From Lentisphaeria bacterium (GTDB lineage Bacteria > Verrucomicrobiota > Lentisphaeria > JABSQK01 > CAJWLW01), in contig JASLZG010000001.1 in the NCBI GenBank assembly GCA_030754995.1, positions 30,796 through 63,997 on the forward strand: a stretch of 33,202 nt of DNA. The letters are read 5' to 3'. The notes below the pieces were generated by a model, which saw only the letters and a list, made by a program, of their open reading frames with translations, did not search any database and was not told the DNA's origin. Both the position numbers and the translations under genes were made by a program. Below, piece after piece: positions 25,705 through 33,202 of the stretch; within the stretch, counting starts at the first letter, position 1; each line of letters starts with the position of its first letter.

Positions 25705-27861
25705 TCACACCGACGACGGTGCCCCGGTGATCCGGTAGATCGTGTAGGGTTCCGTTCTCAGCGTCCCGCGGGTATCCTCGGGTGTGGCGGATTCACCGGA
25801 AATGCGCTCGACGCGAGCGCTGTCCGGCAGCTCATAATCGAACGCCGCGTAGGCGAACAGAACGCGGCCCGCCGCCGCCTGCCACTCAACCCCATGGTCG
25901 TCGGGCAGCAACCGGCGCGTCTCCATAAACGACTTGACCTGGTTGAAGGTATGGTAGTAGCTTGTCATCGCATCGAGGTTGCTCGGCCACTGGTCAATGA
26001 TATCGTCCTCGTGTTCGCCGAGCATGAGCAGCGAGTAGTTGGCCAGGGCGCGAAAACACTGCTCCTTCACCTGCTGCCCGGTCCGGCTCGGGTGTACGTG
26101 CACCATTGGCAGTGTGCCGACCAGCATGTCCTCGTGGCCGACCCACCAGGACCAGTCGTTCTGACCGGCTACGGCATGCGTCGCGGCGGGGTTGTCCGTC
26201 ACGTTGTCGCCCATGCCGAAACGGCCGAAGCCCATGGGGCCGATTCCTTCATTGGATATCGCCTTGACGCCCATCTTGTTGAGGCCGCCGATGAAACGGG
26301 CGACGCCGGCGGTATTCGGCTGCATCCCGGCCTGGTAATCGACGCCCATCATGGCGAAATTACCGATCGAGTCGAAGAAGACATAGTCGAGCCCGTGCCG
26401 TTTCCATTCGGCAAACGACTCCAGCAGCCAGTCACAGGCGGCGTTCCAGTTGAGGCCCCAGGTGACATTGATGAGGGGGCCGCCCGAGTGGGGCCGCGTG
26501 TTGACGGCCCGGCAGGCGAACTCGGGATGCTCCTTGAAGATCGGGGCATTCGGCGAGAGCTGCCCACCAACCCATTGGCCGATCTCCAGCCCGGCAGCCT
26601 TACCCGCCGCGTAGAACGCTTCCCACGCCTCCCAGCCGCCCCAGAATTCGGCCATCCGATAGCGCCAGCAATTGCAGGTGGAGCTGGTGACCAGGTCACC
26701 GTGAATCCCGCTCTGCAATTTGTAGGTGTAGCCGTTTTCCGATATGTCCGATTCACCCATCGGCTCAGGGAACACGCGACGCACGCCGGCCGCCGCGAGG
26801 TCCGGCAGGTGTTCCGCCCAGCCGGCCAGCGCGTTTTCCGGGGCATACGGTTTGCCGGCGATATAGATCAGCAGCTTGCCGTCGTCGTCAAGCTCCGGCC
26901 GGTAGGCCAGCCCGCACTCGGGCAGGAGATAGGGGGTGTTGACATCGAAGGCGGCGCGCACCACCCCCTGCGCATGCCGCAGGGCCCGCAGCCAGCGGTC
27001 ATGCATCAGGTGCTCCGGCGCCCCCCCACCTGGCGGCGGCGGCGCCAGGAGGATGCATTTGCGCGGGAACACCAGGTCCTGGCCCAGCAGCTGCAGGCAC
27101 TTGTCGAGCACGAAGACGACGTCCTCGCCCTTGTTCTTCTGGATCATCGAATGCACGTCCACGAACTCCGGCCAGTAGCCGAGCAGGGAGCCTGCGGGCC
27201 CATACTGGAAATCGAAGCATTGCATGGGGCTGTAGCGTGAACTGAACTGGAACGAGACCCCATGCGGGTTGCCCGCCTGGCCCAGTTGCCGCCAGCAGGT
27301 CGTGGTAAAGTCGGTGTCCTTTTCACAGTAGTACACGGGCGGGTTCACCTGGCCCTGGCTCAGGAGCGTGTTCCCCGAGGCGCTCCCGCCCAGCTCCCAG
27401 GTCGCCGTCATGGTGATCTGGTGGATCGACCGCTGATCGCTGCGGAAGCTCAAGGCGTAGGAGAAACCGTCGTACTGCACGCCGTCCAGGGTAAGCTGTT
27501 CGGGCTTGAACCGCCATTCGACGCTATCCTCGAAGGGCCCGCCTTCGACCCGCGGCCAGGCCAGCTGACTGTCGTACTCGTCGCGATATTCCCCGAACAG
27601 TCCCTGCCTGCCGAAGGCGGTGGTCAGCAGCACGACATCGGCGCCGTCGGTTTGCACGTCGTCGAGGCGGAACGAGTCGTACCGAATGCCGTCCGGCGTC
27701 ATGATGTCGGGTCTCAGCGGGACGGTTGCCGACCGTATTGTGACACCGTTGACGGTGATCTTGCCCAAACCAGGGAACCGGTCTTCCCGGGACAACAGTT
27801 CAATGGTCGCTTGACCAACCCTTATTTCCGCCGGCGTCGATGCCGTTGCGTCTTCCCTCAT
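25705..27861 (-). CDS. Uncharacterised protein, probable beta-sandwich plus TIM-barrel glycoside hydrolase with Asp nucleophile (GH36/GH31/GH101/GH129-like layout)
   Basis: 718 aa from ATG 27861 (purine-rich RBS). Segments: LPDLAAAGVRRVF, WGGWEAWEAFYAAGKAAGLEIGQW, FKEHPEF, WKRHGLDYVFFDS, ISNEG. Confidence 0.55.
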   Translation of the reverse strand: MREDATASTPAEIRVGQATIELLSREDRFPGLGKITVNGVTIRSATVPLRPDIMTPDGIRYDSFRLDDVQTDGADVVLLTTAFGRQGLFGEYRDEYDSQLAWPRVEGGPFEDSVEWRFKPEQLTLDGVQYDGFSYALSFRSDQRSIHQITMTATWELGGSASGNTLLSQGQVNPPVYYCEKDTDFTTTCWRQLGQAGNPHGVSFQFSSRYSPMQCFDFQYGPAGSLLGYWPEFVDVHSMIQKNKGEDVVFVLDKCLQLLGQDLVFPRKCILLAPPPPGGGAPEHLMHDRWLRALRHAQGVVRAAFDVNTPYLLPECGLAYRPELDDDGKLLIYIAGKPYAPENALAGWAEHLPDLAAAGVRRVFPEPMGESDISENGYTYKLQSGIHGDLVTSSTCNCWRYRMAEFWGGWEAWEAFYAAGKAAGLEIGQWVGGQLSPNAPIFKEHPEFACRAVNTRPHSGGPLINVTWGLNWNAACDWLLESFAEWKRHGLDYVFFDSIGNFAMMGVDYQAGMQPNTAGVARFIGGLNKMGVKAISNEGIGPMGFGRFGMGDNVTDNPAATHAVAGQNDWSWWVGHEDMLVGTLPMVHVHPSRTGQQVKEQCFRALANYSLLMLGEHEDDIIDQWPSNLDAMTSYYHTFNQVKSFMETRRLLPDDHGVEWQAAAGRVLFAYAAFDYELPDSARVERISGESATPEDTRGTLRTEPYTIYRITGAPSSV

Positions 27862-28025
27862 GCTCCTTTCCCCTCCCCTGGTGGCAGTCAGTGATATATT
27901 TGAAATAGTGCGAATGCAGCACTCATGCAACCGCTGGGCCGTTCCAGGTCAATCTTCCCCCCCGGGATTTGTCAAGTGAACAAATCATGAACGCCCAACA
28001 TGAAAAGTTGTTTCGGCGCGGCCCG

Positions 28026-29186
28026 TCAATCCAGGTTCGCCAGGAACCCGTCCGGTATCTCGGCCTTGAAAACGTGGGGGACGCCCCGGGGATCGGCATT
28101 GTATATCACGTGCCGCGTATCCGTCGTGAAATAAGCGTGGGGGTGGGTGTACTGCGCCCCCGCAAGGATGCCCGGCATATCCTCGAGGAGCTCGGCATAC
28201 TTGCCGGTCTCAAAGTTGCCGACAACCAGGGGAGTGCGCCCCGGCAAACCATCGGGATAAGAATCGCAAACGAAATATCTGCCGCACCTGGAGACGCAGA
28301 GATGGTTGAAATAATGGTCGGGCGTCGCGAAGACTGTCGGTTTTTCATCGCCCGGCACGGCGGTGAAAAGATTCCCCTGCGGATAACGGGCATCGAGGGA
28401 ACCGTCGGCACTGGCAAGCACTGTGAAAGCTACCCGCCCGGTATCCGCGACAAAGCACTCATGCCCGGTGAGGCCGGCAGTCACAGGCTCGCCGGCGGGG
28501 ACGGGACGCAGGTTGCCGCCCTCGGCATCGAGGACGAAGAGGGTCGTTCCCTGCTCGCTGTCGCCGGGGCTGGTGATCGTCCCGTCCGGGGCCATCTTCG
28601 AGCCGCGATTGTGTTGAACCATGAGATCTTTGCCAGTCACCGGGTTGTACTGGAGATGGGTGTTGACGATCTCGGGATGCTCGAAAATCACCTCCCATTC
28701 GCCCGACTCCAGGTCCATGCGCACCACCCCGATAGTCGGGCCGGAGAGCACCGCCTGGCCGACGAGGTAACGCTGATCCGGCGAAACCGAACTGAGGGTC
28801 ATTTCCCGGGGAAAAGTGACACTGGAGCTGATGATCTCCTTATCGAGGGTGTCCAGTGACAACCGCACCAGCTCATGCCCCTGGCGCATGTAGTAGATGT
28901 ATCCGCTCCAGGCGGCTGTGCAGGGCATATCATCGATACATTCCTCGACCAGCGTGCTCAGGAGGGTAGTAAGATCCGTCACCAGCAACATGCGCTGCGT
29001 AGTGCGGCACGAATCCATTCCCGACTGGCGCACGATGGTGACGCGATTACCGTCTTTGGAGCAGTAGGGTTGCTCGCAGTAGATGTTGTTGTTGTGGCAA
29101 ACCGCAGTCGTCAAGCGGGTGATCCTGGCGCCGCTTTGAGGATCAGGATTCATATCACTAGCTTCGGTGAACCACGTGAACATCAT
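28026..29186 (-). CDS. Oligogalacturonate lyase family (PL22-like) beta-propeller
   Basis: 386 aa with a GGGAG RBS. Motifs: DPQSGARITRLT, YCEQPYCSKDG, HLQYNP, GHECF, NHL..S..GRYFVCD, QYTHPH (QxxHPH metal motif), VIYNAD..G. Confidence 0.8.
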   Translation of the reverse strand: MMFTWFTEASDMNPDPQSGARITRLTTAVCHNNNIYCEQPYCSKDGNRVTIVRQSGMDSCRTTQRMLLVTDLTTLLSTLVEECIDDMPCTAAWSGYIYYMRQGHELVRLSLDTLDKEIISSSVTFPREMTLSSVSPDQRYLVGQAVLSGPTIGVVRMDLESGEWEVIFEHPEIVNTHLQYNPVTGKDLMVQHNRGSKMAPDGTITSPGDSEQGTTLFVLDAEGGNLRPVPAGEPVTAGLTGHECFVADTGRVAFTVLASADGSLDARYPQGNLFTAVPGDEKPTVFATPDHYFNHLCVSRCGRYFVCDSYPDGLPGRTPLVVGNFETGKYAELLEDMPGILAGAQYTHPHAYFTTDTRHVIYNADPRGVPHVFKAEIPDGFLANLD

Positions 29187-29397
29187 TTTTCTCCCAGTTG
29201 TCGAAATTTCATTGTCTCGGGGCAGGCGATGAAGCCGGCTCTATTATACTCGACAATCCAGTCGAAATCACAGGCCTCCAAAAAGAATGGCGGCCGGCTC
29301 GGAAAACCCTGTCCAGCGGTCCATGATGGCGGTGCCGGCGGCGAACCCGCCGGGCCGTTCGAGGGGTGGAAGAACCAGCCGCGACCACCGGGGTGAA

Positions 29398-29434
29398 GGC
29401 GCCGGCGACGGGATCGAGCCGACGACCTGATCAT
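29398..29434 (-). pseudogene. Degenerate 3' half of a tRNA gene (Thr-like), possible att-site remnant
   Basis: Minus strand reads A-TGATC-AGGTC-GTCGG-CTCGATC-CCGTC-GCCGGC-GCC. This fits anticodon-stem 3' strand, 5-nt variable loop, T stem, mutated T loop and acceptor 3' strand. There is no 5' half or D arm. Confidence 0.45.
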
Positions 29435-29591
29435 GCCGGCCGCCCTGGCCCCGCAGGTTCGGACATGTTGTCGCTTCCTCTGGCCCGTGGCGCGGGCGGG
29501 AGGCGCCGCTGGCTGAGGGCGAACCGTCATTCACGATGCCCATGCGGTTGCCGAGTCCGGCCCTGTTGTGCTGACCGTCTTTGTTGGCGGT

Positions 29592-30554
29592 TCAGCCGAC
29601 TGGCTTTTCGTACATGCCGGAGTTCGAGCAGACGGTCGCACCGACGGCACCGTAAAATGGCACCAGTGCCGGGCCGGTCCAGTCGATGAAGCAACCGCTG
29701 CCGCCTTGCCGCCGGATATGGGCGGCGGCGCTCTCGCACATGGCGGTGCCCAAGCCCCGGCCGCGAAACTGTTCGGCAATCGACACGGCGCCGAAGCCGC
29801 CCATGTCGGTGCCGTAAATTCGTTCCCAGACCACATTGGGTCCACGGAACCGGCTGCCCGGCGTGAAGGTCTGGATACAGCCAACGACGTCCGCGCCGTG
29901 CTTGACCGCCAGCATGTTTTCCGCATCCCCATGAACCATCGCGAGCAGCAGCGAATCCAGCCACTTGCCATGGGCCTCCCGCTCGAGCAGCAGGCAGGCA
30001 CCGCTGAGGTCGGTGTCGGTCAGCGGCACCACGGCCATGCCCATGTCCGCCAGCCGGGCGGTGCTTTCCCGGGACATCTCGAAATCGGCGAGCGACCCGT
30101 ACATGTCGATGACGTCGGCGATCCGTTCATAACCGTTGGCCGCGAAAAACGCCTGGGCCCCCGGCAGGTCATCGGGCACGCCGGTCCAGAAGCGGTAGAA
30201 CCCGCGGCTGACGGTGACGGTGTCGATCCCGCAATCACGGGCCCGCTGCTCGAGCTCCGCCAGGACGCTGTTGCCGAGGCCGCGGCGCTGGGCCGTCGGG
30301 TCGACGAGGACGGCCTGGATCGAACCGCTGTCCGGCGGCCGCCCGGCGCGGCGGTTGATCTCGAGGTTGCCGAAACCGATCGCGTTGTCCCCGTCCAACT
30401 GCACGACGGCGTCGCCAAGTTCAAAATGGTCGTTGGTAAACAGGCGGGGTCGCAGGACCCGGTCGGTGACCGGGTAGCAATCACCGAGGGCGCGCTCCCA
30501 AAGCTCGGCCACCTGCCGGTGGTGCTGGTACGGGTCAAACGTCAACAGGGCCAT
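29592..30554 (-). CDS. Tandem-domain GNAT N-acetyltransferase, GlmA/Ngs1-type (amino-sugar N-acetyltransferase-like)
   Basis: 320 aa with two acetyl-CoA motifs (VDPTAQRRGLG and IAEQFRGRGLG), FWTGVPDD and CFIDWT...FYG..G. Confidence 0.85.
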   Translation of the reverse strand: MALLTFDPYQHHRQVAELWERALGDCYPVTDRVLRPRLFTNDHFELGDAVVQLDGDNAIGFGNLEINRRAGRPPDSGSIQAVLVDPTAQRRGLGNSVLAELEQRARDCGIDTVTVSRGFYRFWTGVPDDLPGAQAFFAANGYERIADVIDMYGSLADFEMSRESTARLADMGMAVVPLTDTDLSGACLLLEREAHGKWLDSLLLAMVHGDAENMLAVKHGADVVGCIQTFTPGSRFRGPNVVWERIYGTDMGGFGAVSIAEQFRGRGLGTAMCESAAAHIRRQGGSGCFIDWTGPALVPFYGAVGATVCSNSGMYEKPVG

Positions 30555-30614
30555 ATTAAAACCACGTGAAAAGGGATTTCGGTTGGTATGCCGCCTCGTA
30601 AAGCCGGGTCAGCT

Positions 30615-32018
30615 TCAGCAACGCTGCAAGGCTCGTTGCTCGATGGCGCGGAGTTCTTGCGACTGCTGATCGCTCAAGTGCCGCACGGGCGGCTGGGCGA
30701 GAATCTGCTCGGCTCGTTCGGCGGCGCCTTGGTTGAGATGTTTCGATCCGGCGGCTTCCCAGGTCTCGCGCTGGGTGCGCGCCATCAGCGGCGACTCGGA
30801 CAACGCCTCGCGGAAATGCCGCAGGGTGTGGTCGTGGGCCAGAAAGTCGCCGCCACCTGTCGCCACGTCGCGGATCGCCTCGTAGGCCAGGTTCTCGTCG
30901 TCCACGCACAGCCCGTCCCATATCCGCAGCAGCATGTCCGCACGCGCATCGTCGATTACCGCTTGCACGGGCGACAGGGCTTTCTGCGTTTCCAATTGTC
31001 CCACGCCCCAAATGACATTCGTGCCGGCCAGCACCTGCACCAAACCGATCATGGTCTTTTCGAGTGCCGCCTGGCCGTCGTCGATCAGGGCGTCGGTACA
31101 CATCCACGCGGCACTGGGCAGGCCGTAGTGGGCTGCCATTTGGGCCCCGGCGTGGGCCATCAAGCCGCATTCGGGGGCGCCCGAGAGGCAGGCGGCGCTG
31201 CGCATGTCTATCGTGTGTGCAAAACCAAGGTTGTGGATCACCGGACGGGCCGGTTCCAGGAGCTGGACCAGCACGACGCCCGCCAGGATTTCAGCGTTCG
31301 AAAGCGCGACGCTGCCGGCCAGGGTCACGGGGCTGGTCGCACCGGCAATCGGCTCGGCGTTGAGCATCAACGGCAGCTTGTGCCCCGACGATCGGCGCCA
31401 CAGTTCAACCGAAATCTGCGACCAGTGCAACGGGCTCAAGCAGGAATAGCCGAACGACACGAGCGGGTGTTCGGCCAGTGTGCGTCCGTCGGCGATCACC
31501 TGGGCCATCTCGAGAATCGGTTCGACGCCGGCGGCGGTGAACAAAAGCGGCCGAAGATGTTTGCCGCAGTTCTCGGCCAGGATCCGGAACCCGACGAAAT
31601 CGCGCGCCGGCGGCGGGACGTCCTCGATGCTGGTGCCGACCACGGCCGACACGTTGGGCAGCGCATCGGCCAGCCGCGCCATGTCAGCCAAGTCCTTGCT
31701 GACGATGGAACGGACCCGATTGTCCTCGATCCAGTTCAATGCGGCGCCGGTCCAAAACGTCGGACGTGAGCCGGTCCCGGACTCGCGGACGCCGCCGCGA
31801 CAATCGGCGAATCGGGCGGTCGGCGGCGCCAGCGCCAGGTACTCATCGACCATTTCCGGCGGCAGCAGCAAACGGTCATTCGTGCTTCCCTGGCCAGCCC
31901 CTGCCGACAAGGCCAGCTGCCTTAAACGATCGTCATCCACACGGACTCCGATCTCACTCAAGATCCGCCGGCTCGTCCGGTCGATCTCAGCAATCTGCTC
32001 GTGGCGCAACGTTGGCAT
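30615..32018 (-). CDS. MttB-superfamily (trimethylamine methyltransferase family) corrinoid-dependent methyltransferase, non-pyrrolysine
   Basis: 467 aa with EQI..I...S.RILSEIGV, DVPP, SPL, GATSPVTLAGS...NAEILAG, DMRS...GAPE, YGLPS....TD...DGQAALEK, GGDFLAHDHT. No internal amber codon. Confidence 0.92.
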   Translation of the reverse strand: MPTLRHEQIAEIDRTSRRILSEIGVRVDDDRLRQLALSAGAGQGSTNDRLLLPPEMVDEYLALAPPTARFADCRGGVRESGTGSRPTFWTGAALNWIEDNRVRSIVSKDLADMARLADALPNVSAVVGTSIEDVPPPARDFVGFRILAENCGKHLRPLLFTAAGVEPILEMAQVIADGRTLAEHPLVSFGYSCLSPLHWSQISVELWRRSSGHKLPLMLNAEPIAGATSPVTLAGSVALSNAEILAGVVLVQLLEPARPVIHNLGFAHTIDMRSAACLSGAPECGLMAHAGAQMAAHYGLPSAAWMCTDALIDDGQAALEKTMIGLVQVLAGTNVIWGVGQLETQKALSPVQAVIDDARADMLLRIWDGLCVDDENLAYEAIRDVATGGGDFLAHDHTLRHFREALSESPLMARTQRETWEAAGSKHLNQGAAERAEQILAQPPVRHLSDQQSQELRAIEQRALQRC

Positions 32019-32280
32019 GGAACTCTAGAAGGGGTAGGTCAACACACTTAACAGTGACAGCACTCCAGCGCGGGTCATTTGCAGAACGTTCACGGGATTC
32101 AGTCCTGGTTCACAAAGGAGCCTGAAGACACACCACCGGAGATTCTAACCCGGGGAAAGCGTTTCGCAATTCACTGTAGAGCTTTTATCACGACAGTATC
32201 ACGTCTGCCTGGAAGGAATCGCGGCGGAATGCAGCCGGTCTAACGCGGCGGGGAAGTGCCGGCAGCACCAGCACTCTCCG

Positions 32281-32427
32281 CCGCGCCTGCAGCGGCGGCT
32301 TGAACGAAGAGATGTGAGGCCTATTTACATCCTGGTCCTTGTGAAGGGACACGAAATCGTTTACATCAACAAGGTTCGGTGCTTTCGCGCGGCGCCATCC
32401 GGAAAGAGACGACGTTCCCTGGCATAA
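32281..32427 (+). pseudogene. Possible remnant of an IclR-family regulator gene
   Basis: The frame reads PRLQRRLERRDVRPIYILVLVKGHEIVYINKVR, resembling the IclR linker/effector start (P.L..L...GETVHL.VL.G.EIVYIDKV). It has no ATG, no HTH and a stop at 32425. Confidence 0.35.
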
Positions 32428-32578
32428 AACGTCGGGGAGCCATCCCCGCCAAGCAGTCTCATCGGCCGGCTGGAATGAAACGTGACAGCGTTATCATGTT
32501 ATCGCCAAGGTGCAATATTCACCACCTGCGAGGGGCGGTTCATGGCCGGGAAAACTTGCCGATGCCAGCCCTCGTTCC

Positions 32579-32613
32579 TTGATACTAATTGACCAAACGT
32601 TATACTTGGACAA
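32579..32613 (+). promoter_or_regulatory. Candidate promoter TTGATA-N16-TATACT overlapped by inverted repeat TTGACCAA-N9-TTGGACAA
   Basis: -35 at 32579-32584 and -10 at 32601-32606. The 7/8 inverted repeat spans 32589-32613. Confidence 0.5.
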
Positions 32614-32840
32614 GCCATTCCACCGGCGTGAAAATGGCTGACGCCACCGTCTTGACAAAGGAGTTTAACACCGGCCTCGGCCTGTTGAGCGCGGCCCGGG
32701 ATGCGCCAGGCAGTCATGGCGCCGGCACTCGCGCGTACCCAGAATAAGGGTACCGGGCAACCGTGGAAACACCCGTGCTTCAAGCAATGTCTACGTACCA
32801 CCCAACCCGACGGAGCGGGGGGATAGGAACCGATGTCTTG

Positions 32841-32867
32841 ACGGATGATCCGTGTTCATCCGCGGTT
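32841..32867. repeat. Short ACGGAT/ATCCGTGTTCATCCGCGGTT interspersed repeat-like element
   Basis: ACGGAT-G-ATCCGT hairpin plus tandem ATCCG units. It resembles the 'atccgtgttcatccgtggtt' intergenic repeats I recall from PVC-type genomes. Single copy here. Confidence 0.35.
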
Positions 32868-32908
32868 CGATCCCGGTTGCGGCTCCGCCGCCTTTAGGAG
32901 TTACAGCC

Positions 32909-33202
32909 ATGCAGTATCGGCAGCTGGGAAAAACCGAGCTCGAGGTTTCGGTTTTCGGACTGGGTGGAAACACCTTCGGCCAACACGCCACGTTCAATCA
33001 TTACAATGACGAGCAAGGCTCGATCGCCATCATCCGGCAGGCGGCCGATCGTGGCATTAACCTCATCGACACCGCGGACATCTATTCGAACGGGTTGTCG
33101 GAGTCTTATATCGGCAAGGCGATTGCCGGACATCGTGATGATTTTGTGATCCTCAGCAAGGTCGGCATGGCGGTGGATGACGATCCGCAGAAAAGTGGCC
33201 TT
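32909..33202 (+). CDS. Aldo/keto reductase, 3' truncated by the window edge
   Basis: AGGAG RBS, then MQYRQLGKTELEVSVFGLGGNTFG...GINLIDTADIYSNGLSESYIGKA...VILSKVG (catalytic Asp, Tyr and Lys present). Absent from the ORF track. Confidence 0.93.
   Translation, partial: MQYRQLGKTELEVSVFGLGGNTFGQHATFNHYNDEQGSIAIIRQAADRGINLIDTADIYSNGLSESYIGKAIAGHRDDFVILSKVGMAVDDDPQKSGL

Noticed and set aside
8264-27930. ORF-track start sites at 10474, 11545, 12371, 13207, 16235, 19809, 20423, 20429 and 27930
   Set aside because: The extensions overlap neighbouring genes or intergenic DNA. Downstream starts coincide with domain boundaries and mostly with clear RBSs or stop-start coupling.
29183-29689. Small ORFs in the gap between the PL22-like gene and the GNAT (29183-29530, 29268-29543, 29366-29689)
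   Set aside because: They are low-complexity Pro/Arg/Gly-rich translations with no RBS or motif support.
4-31769. Many long plus-strand ORFs (e.g. 865-1884, 4763-5932, 13908-15014, 23283-24557, 25627-27240, 30588-31769) and minus-strand 20438-21817
   Set aside because: They are antisense shadows of real genes. High GC3 codon bias removes stops on the opposite strand, and they show no recognisable motifs.
32019-32045. In-frame TAG just upstream of the mttB ATG (GTG TTG ACC TAC CCC TTC TAG AGT TCC ATG), suggesting pyrrolysine read-through
   Set aside because: It is not at the catalytic Pyl position (Cys here), no pyl genes are present, and the domain is complete from the ATG.
32154-32167. GGAAAGCGTTTCGC as a LacI/cre-type operator
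   Set aside because: Only the core matches, the flanks break the symmetry, and it could easily occur by chance.
32019-32500. Cobalamin riboswitch upstream of mttB
   Set aside because: I could not find a B12-box or the conserved core on the minus strand by eye. An Infernal search would be decisive.
32860-32890. GGTTCGATCCC T-loop-like sequence suggesting a tRNA
   Set aside because: The T stem pairs only 3 bp and there is no D arm, anticodon arm or acceptor stem.
1-33202. CRISPR array, transposase, integrase, rRNA or intact tRNA; gene symbols such as xylB, hypBA1, ogl, mtgB
   Set aside because: No regularly spaced repeats or mobile-element genes were seen. The proteins are too divergent for orthologue-level symbols.

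Overview
A GC-rich bacterial window that is almost entirely one carbohydrate-catabolism gene cluster. It holds 22 protein genes: 20 on the minus strand, one divergent lyase-like gene, and a truncated aldo/keto reductase at the right edge. Contents: a GH66-like secreted protein cut by the left edge (missing from the ORF track), an FGGY kinase, two tandem GH127 paralogues with diverged substrate pockets, three large orphan glycosidase-fold proteins, PL22-like and PL26/YetA-like lyases, a tightly coupled six-gene oxidoreductive operon (TIM-barrel isomerase/eliminase, Gfo/Idh/MocA, 2 SDRs, HpcH aldolase, 3-hydroxyacyl-CoA/gulonate-dehydrogenase-like), a phosphoesterase-aldolase-dehydrogenase-sulfatase block, and a non-pyrrolysine MttB methyltransferase paired with a GlmA-like double GNAT. 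I found no transporter, intact regulator, corrinoid protein, dehydratase, CRISPR array, rRNA or intact tRNA. Non-coding signals include a degenerate tRNA 3' half, a probable IclR gene remnant, operator-like palindromes and REP-like hairpins. All family calls come from motif recognition by eye, not database searches, and all substrates are inferred.
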